Source of the DNA: the human T2T-CHM13v2.0 reference genome, Homo sapiens
Length of the DNA stretch: 64,000 bases
Direction: 5' to 3' (one strand)
Assembly (NCBI RefSeq): GCF_009914755.1
Contig: NC_060928.1
The notes under the pieces: model-generated
What the model saw: the letters and a program-made list of their open reading frames with translations, nothing else
Databases searched by the model: none
Told to the model about the DNA's origin: nothing
Part shown: piece by piece, positions 54,370-64,000 of the stretch
How the letters are laid out: each line of letters begins with the position of its first letter
How positions within the stretch are numbered: position 1 is the first letter of the stretch
Position numbers and translations under genes: made by a program

Positions 54370-55115
54370 AAATATGAAATCACCTGTAGAACTAAGACTA
54401 TATGATGTTCTTCAGAGAAAAACACAGTATTATCTAATGGCTAAATGCAGCAACAAGTTATATGAGAGAGACTAACAGACTAATCTGCTTGTGAATATTG
54501 ATGTCAGGTAATTTTAAGTAAAATAGTAGTAAAGAAGATCCAAAAGCCTTTTTAAATAATAAACCATGACTAAATGGGGCTTATTTAGAAATATAAGTTT
54601 AGACAATACACTAATATGCTCCATCAGTATAATAGAGCTAAGGAGAAAAATTATATATGATCATTTTCACAGATGCAAAAAAAGCATTTGGCAACACTCA
54701 ACCAATGCTATTCATGTTAAAAAATTAATCAATAAAATGGGAATCTATGAATGCATGTATACATGCACCTCATTACAAAAGTTAGCATCTTCACTTAATA
54801 GCAAATCACTTGATGTTTAAATGGGAAACTCAGACAAGAATGTCCACAATCTCCACTTCTGTGAGCACTGTGTTAGAGGTAATAGTCATTCAATTAAGCA
54901 AGAGAAAAGTAACAACCATAAGAATTAGAAAGTATAAAGTAAACAATTTCTATTTGCGTAAGTATATATCTAACATAAGTATAAATGTGGAAAATACATT
55001 TGACATAATTATATATCTGAAAAATTCAAAGAACAGCACTTACTAAAGAAGCAGTTTTAAAGCTTAATATCCAATAATTATTAGCCTTTAGGTATTTTTA
55101 AAAATTTAGAAATTA

Positions 55116-55475
<360 letters not shown>

Positions 55476-56014
55476 TCAATTGCCAAAAGCTAATAATGTA
55501 ATAATGCAACATAACCCAAAGTATAGAAAATCTATGTGAATCTATGTGAATGTAACTGTAATACTAGACTTCTGAAAAAAAATTTTAAGAAGCCTAAGGT
55601 GAACATAAAGTTATACAATGTTCTTTAAGTGGAAGACTCAAGATCATAAAGATATCCATTATTCCTGAGTTAATTTATAAATTTAATATAATCTCAATAA
55701 AAATACATTATATTTCTTTTTTCTCTAAACTGGGAAAGTTTATTTAAAATTAATGTATTGAATAAACGTCTTTTGGGAGAGTAAACAAGAAGGATCAGGA
55801 AAACTCTGAAAAAGAAAAGTATTGGTCAGAGGACTGGAGATACACTTACCAGAAATTAAAGCCTCTGGAAAAGAGGTTACTTTGTTACTGTCACATAAAC
55901 AGACACACAGACCAATATGATACAATAGAAAATTCAGAAGTAGAGTCAATTGCATATGAACATTTAGTATAAGATAGAAGCAGCATCTCAAATACATAGA
56001 GGAAAAAGATGGAT

Positions 56015-56149
56015 TTTTAAAAAACAAATCTTACTGTGTACATATGAGGTTTACAACATGTTGTTACGGGATACATATAGATAGTAAAATGGTTAAAATA
56101 ATGAAACAAATTGACATACCTGTCATGTCACATAGTTACTTATTTTTTT
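56015..56149 (-). mobile_element. Short L1MA 3'-end fragment nested in the older L1
   Basis: tacaacatg.tgtta..ggatacatatagatagtaaaatggtta...cacatagttac matches a reverse L1MA terminus. Confidence 0.7.
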
Positions 56150-57113
56150 GAAGTATTGGTTTAACTAGATAGACATATGAAGAAAGTTAAAACTGGATCT
56201 ATTCCTCACACTGCAACATGACACATTCCAAATGAATAAAGAACTTAAATGTAAAAGAAATAAAACAATGCAAGAGATAAAAAGAAAACACAGATGAATT
56301 CCTTTATAAATTCAATTCCTCCATAACCAGAACACTTTTACTTTTGGCTTAAATACAATAGTAATAAAGAAAAAGACTGGAAAATTTGATGTCATAAAGA
56401 TGGCTTTTTCATGGCAAAAATCACTACAAGCAAAGCTAAAAGATTAATGACAAAAGGAAAAATATGTGCATTTTATACCAAGAAAAAATAGTGAATATCT
56501 TTAATATATGAAGAGCTTCTAAAAATGAAAAAGGAAAAGTTAAACAACTTTACAGAGAAAATAGCCTGGAAAGGTGAACAGAAAGTTTTGAGAAAAAAAC
56601 TAAGTATCTCTTTAAAAAAGAAAAAAAATGTTGGTACATAATAAGAGAAATGCAAATTCAAATTATACCAATATACCATTTCTTACCTATCAGATTGCAA
56701 AAATCCATTTTTTTTTTTTTTGGATTTTTGACCATATCTCTGCAGCAAGGCTGTGAGAAAACAAGCACCCTTGTACATTCTGGTGAGAATACAAAATGGT
56801 ATCACTTTGTATGGAGAGGAATTTGACTATCTAATGAAGTTATACATGCATTTGATCTTTGACTCAGTAAGAAATCCCACTCTTAGGAATCTCTTCCAGA
56901 GAACAAAGAAGGAGACAAAAATTTAGAAAAGGGGGATTGGTAAAAAGTAACTTAATTTTATACATTTCAGTATTATTTAAATATTTTATAGTTCATTTCT
57001 ATTTTTGTTTAAATGATGTAAATATTAAGATATACCTATATTCAAGTGTTATATTACTTGAATAGGTAAAAAAAAACCCACAAAATTTAAAAATGTTAAT
57101 ATCCAGGAAATAC

Positions 57114-57456
57114 AGCAATAAAAGACCTAGAGTGAAAGGCAAAACCAACTTCAAGACAATTAGTAAAAGAAGATCTAAAAAGCAGTAAAAGAAGATCAAT
57201 TAAAAAATTCTATCAATTCTCAATTTACCATTAAAAGACCCATTTTTGGAATTCCATATTTTATTTCCTTTTACAAACCAGATGTCTTCTATTTTACTTA
57301 GTCTAACATTAAATGAATTGCAATTCCCTAAGTAATCACATTTTGTGAAAGAAAGAAGCCATAAATTGTGTCACTTAGTGGCAGAGATGGGGATAGGGAT
57401 AAATATTTGGGACAGAAAATCCAAAATATATTATAGTTAAGAATAGGGATTCTGAT
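57114..57456 (+). repeat. Local duplication A, copy 2
   Basis: Same blocks as 54040-54369, plus an extra internal repeat of agtaaaagaagatc. Confidence 0.95.
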
Positions 57457-57994
57457 TTTCTCTTTTTGTGTAATTTTTCTTTCAAAATACTTTAGCTCCA
57501 CTCACAGAGTTTGATACTTAAAAATGTTTATGAAACTAATGATTATACATATAATTTAATTACAAATTGACAAATACATATAGTAAAAACTGATCTCAGA
57601 TCAATTTAACCTCTGGCTCAGTTACTTTACAATGATGCAATCAAACCTCTTTGTTTACCGAAGATTCTGATGAATAACTGGCCCATAGTCACTCAGAGTA
57701 TAGGTAGCAAAGCCCAAAGTGAACTCCACCTGTGACTTTTCATTTCAGCACAAATTCCACTTTAGTGGGATTTACACATGTTTCCCTGTTGGACGCTAGA
57801 GGGAGATTGTTTGCAGTTATCCATTCTTGGGCCTATTTTGCAGCAAGGTGATGTCCTTTTATCATTGTCATGTCTATGGCTGCATACAGTCCCATAAAGC
57901 CACTTTGCATCCTTAGGTTCTATCAAGAAAACACATTTTTATGAGCACTCTTTTATTGATAATATACATGGGAGAAACATCTATCTAGGAAATA

Positions 57995-58324
57995 CAGTGA
58001 TGTATCACTTAAGGATGGGGATACATTGTGAGGAATACGTCCTAGGGAGATTTCATCATTGTGTGAACATCATAGAGTGTATTTACACAAACCTAGATGG
58101 TATAGCCTACTACACACCTAGGGTATATTATTCCTGGGCTACAAATCCATACAGCATGTAGCTTTCTGAATACTGTAGGCAACTGTAATACAATGATACA
58201 TATCTGTGTATCTAAACATATTAATAGAAAAGGGATAGTAAAAATATAGTATTATAATCTTATAGGACCACTGTGGTATATGTGGTTCATTGTTGACCAA
58301 AATGTTGTGGTGGACACATGACTG
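57995..58324 (-). mobile_element. Tigger3a (MER7A) non-autonomous Tc1/mariner element
   Basis: TA|cagtgatg...catgactg|TA termini. The internal catagagtgta.ttacacaaacctagatggtatagcctactacacacctagg matches the recalled consensus. Confidence 0.9.
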
Positions 58325-58395
58325 TAATTCACATCTATTTATAAAATGAGATTTTATACATCTATTTAAAAAATGAGATCCCAAATTGAGGAATG

Positions 58396-58574
58396 AGCTC
58401 AGCTTGGTAGCGTGGGGTCCAGACCTGGGAGTCCAGAATAAGACCACTCCCTCTGCTTTTCATGAGACTGCTGGTCTCCTGATACTGCCTAGTTGTGTGG
58501 TTCTGCCTCATTCTACTGCTACTCTCTTGGTTTGTGGACTTGTGGCTCTCTTCTCTATGGAACTTTGACTTCAA
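58396..58574 (+). repeat. Local duplication B, copy 1 (paired with 61372-61551)
   Basis: About 17 differences in ~180 nt by manual alignment. Shared block ccagaataagaccactccctctgcttttcatgagac. Confidence 0.95.
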
Positions 58575-58739
58575 AATAGGTAAAACCACATCTAACCAAA
58601 GTAGACCATAGCACAGATCTTGTTAACCTAGTCATATTCACAAAGCAGAACACATTTTAAAAAATGTAATAGCTACACTTCTAAAACCTCAGAGGATGCA
58701 ACCTTTGTAATAAGATATTTTGTTATAGAATATATGACA

Positions 58740-59305
58740 TTCTCTCTGTTCTCATGTTTCCTCCTTGTTCATTAAATCCCAACACACCAGCCTTCTTGCT
58801 GCTTCTGAACCTTCGAGATCCATTCTCATTTGGGAACTTTGCCCTAGCTGGCACCTCTGCCAACAGCTGTGTGGCCCACTCCCTCGCCAGTTTTAAATCT
58901 TGGCCCAAATATCATCTTCTCAATCAAGTCTACCCTACTTAAAATTGCACCATTACCACTCCATAGTGCTTATCTCTGTTAACTTGCTGTATATATTTCC
59001 CTATGGCATTTATAAATTGTATAATTCTACATATTTTACTTATTTATTATGTTGATTATTATATACATCCTCCACTGTAAGCTCAGTGAGAGTGAGGATT
59101 TTAGTCTACTTTACATATGGATGAATGCCAAACACCTAGGTCAGTGCCTGGCATGCAGAAGGCACTTAATAATGGGTGCAGCACACCAGCATGGCACATG
59201 TATACATATGTAACAAACCTGCACGTTGTGCACATGTACCCTAGAACTAAAGTATAATAAAAAATGAAAATAAAAAAAGAAGGCACTTAATAAAAGACTT
59301 AATTA
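58740..59305 (+). mobile_element. L2 LINE 3' fragment (host of the L1PA stub)
   Basis: Pyrimidine-rich body ending acctagg.cagtgcctggcatgcagaaggcacttaataaa. Confidence 0.75.
59169..59277 (+). mobile_element. ~110-bp 5'-truncated young L1PA (PA3/4-like) with a 16-bp TSD
   Basis: aatgggtgcagcacaccagcatggcacatgtatacatatgtaacaaacctgcacgttgtgcacatgtaccctagaac plus an A tail. TSD agaaggcacttaataa at 59157-59172 and 59278-59293. Confidence 0.95.
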
Positions 59306-59398
59306 AATCCTCTTCAGTTCAACTCAATAAAACATTACTGCTCTGTACTTGTATTTCATAATATTTTCATGCTCTCAATATTTGTTATTTTGAAATAA

Positions 59399-59827
<429 letters not shown>

Positions 59828-60369
59828 TAGGCACTTGAAATTTCTTCATTTTTCTCAACATCTGTGAATAATACACCTTTTTGTCATTTCTCTTAGTTTT
59901 TTTCTCATTTCTCTTAGTTTTTTTCTCAATCCTATATCCGTTGTAATTAATCTGTATTTTTCCATTGGAATTTAAGACATAAAATATATCTTAAGGCAGG
60001 AATAACTCTAAGCAAAATTGTGAAGTTAGATCAAATAAATCTTTGATGCTGTGCCAATGAAAATCATCTAATATTTGGTCTCCCTTACACACTGCTCCTA
60101 AGAAAACTACTGTATTAGTGGCCATCATGAAATTCCTGCCTTTGCACCAACTCTGAGTAGCTTAGGGCACTACTGCTCCAGGGGAACATTTGTGTTTAAA
60201 TAAAACTATAAAATTCCAAGACCCATAAGACCTCAAAAAGTGTGATAGCGGAGTAGGTCAACAACCCATAGCTGACAACGACAACAACAACAAAACCATA
60301 AGAGTTGAGGTGGGCATGTGAAGTCAGAATGAATACAGAAATAGGTGAAGTGGTGGGTGGATATAAGGG

Positions 60370-60834
60370 ATATCTTTGCTTATGCCTCCCACCACCATCT
60401 ATCTTCCTTCTTATAGTAAGAGCATCCTGGTTTTCCTCTGTAGAACTACCCCACTCCCCTTGCCCTATTCTTACTTCACGTGGCTGTAACAGTGAACTGA
60501 GAATCCAGACCTAGCAACTTGGAGTATTTTATCCCTGGCCACAAAAGTTGATTCTTAGCAGCAAGGTCAGACACTTGCTGGAAGCATCGGAAATAAGAAG
60601 TTCTCCTTTTGTCAAGGTTTATTAACTAGCAGGATGTAAGGTAGAAGATAATTTACCTGAGAAAGTATGTCATACAAGGGAAAGCAAAATGAAGAGAGAA
60701 AAATTACTGATGATGATTTGAGCCATACCTGAAGTCCAGTGTTAGACATTCCTATTAAAACCAATAAATTTCCCTTTTTACTTAAGCTACTTCAAGCCTG
60801 GGTTTTCATAATTTATAATTAAAAGAATTCTAAT
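60370..60834 (+). mobile_element. Old MaLR LTR (MLT1J/K/L-like)
   Basis: gccatacctgaag.ccag...ccaataaatttccctttt..cttaagcta.ttc...gggtttt...aaaagaattctaata 3' end. Confidence 0.6.
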
Positions 60835-61371
60835 AGATTAAAAATACACTGAATTTGGAATGAATCAAAGCTCTACTTTGGAAAATTCCAACCTAGAAAC
60901 AAATAGAGGAAATTCATTACTGAAGCTCTTGAACACATAAGTATTATTTTCCTTTAAGTTCAAGCTTAACACATGCTAGAGTTTGGGTTTGAATGGAAGC
61001 AAAAAGATGTTTCAGAATTTATTAGAGAACATCTGACACAACTGTTTTTGGTGATAGATATTATATGAAAACAAGTGCTTATGATTTTCCAATATGGGTA
61101 TACACATTACGATTGAAAATTTATTTTAAGATTGAAATGTATTTTATTATTCATATACTTTGGATCTGCTAATTTTATGAAATGGAACTGTAAGAAGAAT
61201 CTCTTACACTTTTGATTTATAAATACCTCTCTTGGGATTATTAGTTTGAAACTAACAAGAATTTGCTCAAATGTGCATGGAAATTTTGAAGTAAGCAGTA
61301 GAAGAAACTTGATAGTAAGAGCACAACAGGCTCCCAATTAAGAGCACCCAAGCATCTGAGGATAAAACAAA

Positions 61372-61551
61372 AGCTCAGCTTGGTAGCATGGGATCCAGAC
61401 CTGGGAGCCCAGAATAAGACCACTCCCTCTGCTTTTCATGAGACATCTGGTCTCCTGATACTGCCTAGCTGTGCGCTTCTGCTTGATTCTACTACTACTC
61501 TTTTGGTTTGCTGACTTGTGGCTCTCTTCGCTATGGAACTTTGGCTTTCAA
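61372..61551 (+). repeat. Local duplication B, copy 2
   Basis: Direct repeat of 58396-58574. The ORF track shows the same similarity (MVLFWTPRSGPHATKLS vs MVLFWAPRSGSHATKLS). Confidence 0.95.
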
Positions 61552-62564
61552 CTGCATTTGGCTTTCTTTAGAGCCAACTCTAGTCACAACTCTTTATGAT
61601 CTTGGAACTCAGTTATCTCTGCTAGATGATCCACTCAGTTTGATGGTTTTAAATTCCAAATACCTGGCTAAGAGAATCATTTTAGGTCATTTTAGGGGTA
61701 GGATCACCTGGTACAAACAGCCTACATTGGTTCACCATCCCCCCATGGCTTCAAGTAGAGAAAGGGCCTTTTCAAAAAGGACGTGAGCAGGAAGGCAATG
61801 ATTACATTTTCTACCACAGAAAGTAATGTAAAAACTATTCTGATTACCACAGGGGTACTTATGCATTTCTTCTCACTGGGGATGCAGGATAAAATCATAA
61901 CAGATGGTATTAAAAACAAATCATAATGTTTCAGATAATTAATTTATACTTTAAAAGTACTATTGAATGATTTTTGCTCCATACGAAAGAGTCTGGCTTG
62001 TTTGTATTAAAGAACAAATTAAAATATAAGTATCTCAAAAAATTCATTAGACATGTTCAAATTTATTCTATCCATTATGTCTTATGACATTTCAAATTAA
62101 TGGCATTATCTCTATAGAATTTTTGTATATATATATATATACTTCAGGACTCAAAACAGATTTTAGAAACAAATCAACATTACATTCACTCTGATAATTG
62201 TTTAGCAATGTTGATTTTACTGGACAGTTCAGGGGAAAAAAGGGAAATAGAAAAACGTCAATGACTAATTCATAAGATCAATTGAAAAATTCAAAATTGT
62301 TTCTGATGTTACAGTGAACATAATTTTTCAAGACATCATAAAATAATTTAAAACATATTTCTATTGTAATAGATAATATTTATCTAAAACAAAGAAAGTA
62401 TAACCATACAAATTGAATCTGTCTGATTTAGTTTTAGGAAATCTTAATGACCTAATATACAAAGCAATTTAGGAGGAAACTAAAGCAAAAAATTCAGGCT
62501 TTCCAAGATCTGATATTTTTTCTAAAGTGACATATTGAAATAATCTCTACTAAAAAGAGTACTG

Positions 62565-62909
<345 letters not shown>

Positions 62910-64000
62910 TTAGTTTAGAAGATGAAAGAGGCAAATGACATTAAAGAGTCATTAATATGAACAATATAAAATAGTGTATGATACTTGTTATAACTGTTAA
63001 TGTTCTTATATTGCTTGGTATTTCAAACTCATAAAGGTGTGATTATTATAATATTTTATTAATAAACCAATTGGGCAGTTTTTGAACATGAAAGCATTTT
63101 TCTTATGTTTAAAGACAGAAAAAAATGTTGGATAACACATTAAAGAAGCTTCAAACTTTTTATTATTTGAGGCACACACTCTGTTCTCTACCTGCAGTTT
63201 TTAGTTTGTTTAATTTCTTCAGTGGTACAAAATCAAGGTTTTCAAAGCTCACCCAGAAACATCTGACTTGCTCTTACAATTATAAGTCAGAAAGTTAAGG
63301 AACCTCAGAAGAAAACTCCTGTCAACCTATCTCTATACTATGAGGTGAATATTAAAACAATCATTGTTGTAAATGATGGAGGTTGTCTTTAAATTACATC
63401 AATACAGTTTTGAGGAAGGAGACATATTTCTTCTAATGAGAGCCGCATATGCCTATTAAGACTAGGAAGATATTAGGAGTCACTCACTTAAATTAATTAA
63501 TAAAGTGTGAAGTCACAATAAAATAAAGTAGGTATAGCAGAATTTTATAATAGCAGTCACTTCAAAAATATATTGCATTTGGAATGACTCAATAATAAAT
63601 TCAGCTTTTAGAGGCCAAGAAATGCTTCCAATAAGAAACGATGTTTGAACAGAGGTTTAAGGAATGAATGGGTAATAGTGACCTGGAGGAAGGTAACAGA
63701 TCCCAAGAAAAGTGAAAAGACATTGAGCTGCAAAGATGCATGGCAGGAGTTTAAGAAATAACAAGCAGTCCTGAAAAAGTGGAGCATAGAAACTCCTGAG
63801 GACAAACAAGATGAGACTGTAAAAGTAACAATGCCAGGAAAACAGTTTTTCAGTTAGGTACAAGAGAGCCCCATTGACTTATTTCACAGTTTCAATATGT
63901 GTAATTATATTCTTCTAAAAGTTTTAGCTTCTTAAACCTGGACAACTCCAAGAATGAAATCTGCCCTTACTCAAATGCACTCTTCATCGAACATTCAAAG

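Overview
This is mammalian genomic DNA, almost certainly human (AluS/AluY, L1PA, L1M, L2, MIR, MaLR LTRs, hAT/Tigger fossils). It holds the 5' end of DKK2 (Dickkopf-2, a secreted Wnt/LRP5-6 modulator) on the minus strand. The promoter has a TATA box at ~43412-43419 inside a CpG-rich domain (~41-44.5 kb). Exon 1 has a ~720-nt 5'UTR and 74 codons (42669-42448), ending at a canonical phase-0 GT donor. Bases 1-42447 are intron 1 (no exon 2 was seen), and 43.4-64 kb is upstream flank. The other ORFs in the track look like chance or repeat-derived frames. I see no new gene system. The most unusual structures are: (i) an old chimeric 28S rRNA pseudogene in intron 1, with the sarcin-ricin-loop region fused upstream of a 5'-half 28S segment and wedged between two truncated transposons; (ii) two non-repeat local duplications upstream, each pair ~3 kb apart; (iii) a degenerate ~82-bp triplication that keeps an E-box; (iv) candidate regulatory features, namely a single uORF, an RE1-consensus match in the signal-peptide codons, paired optimal TCF/LEF sites and perfect hairpins. 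Repeat subfamily names and rRNA matches come from recalled consensus sequences, and boundaries are approximate.
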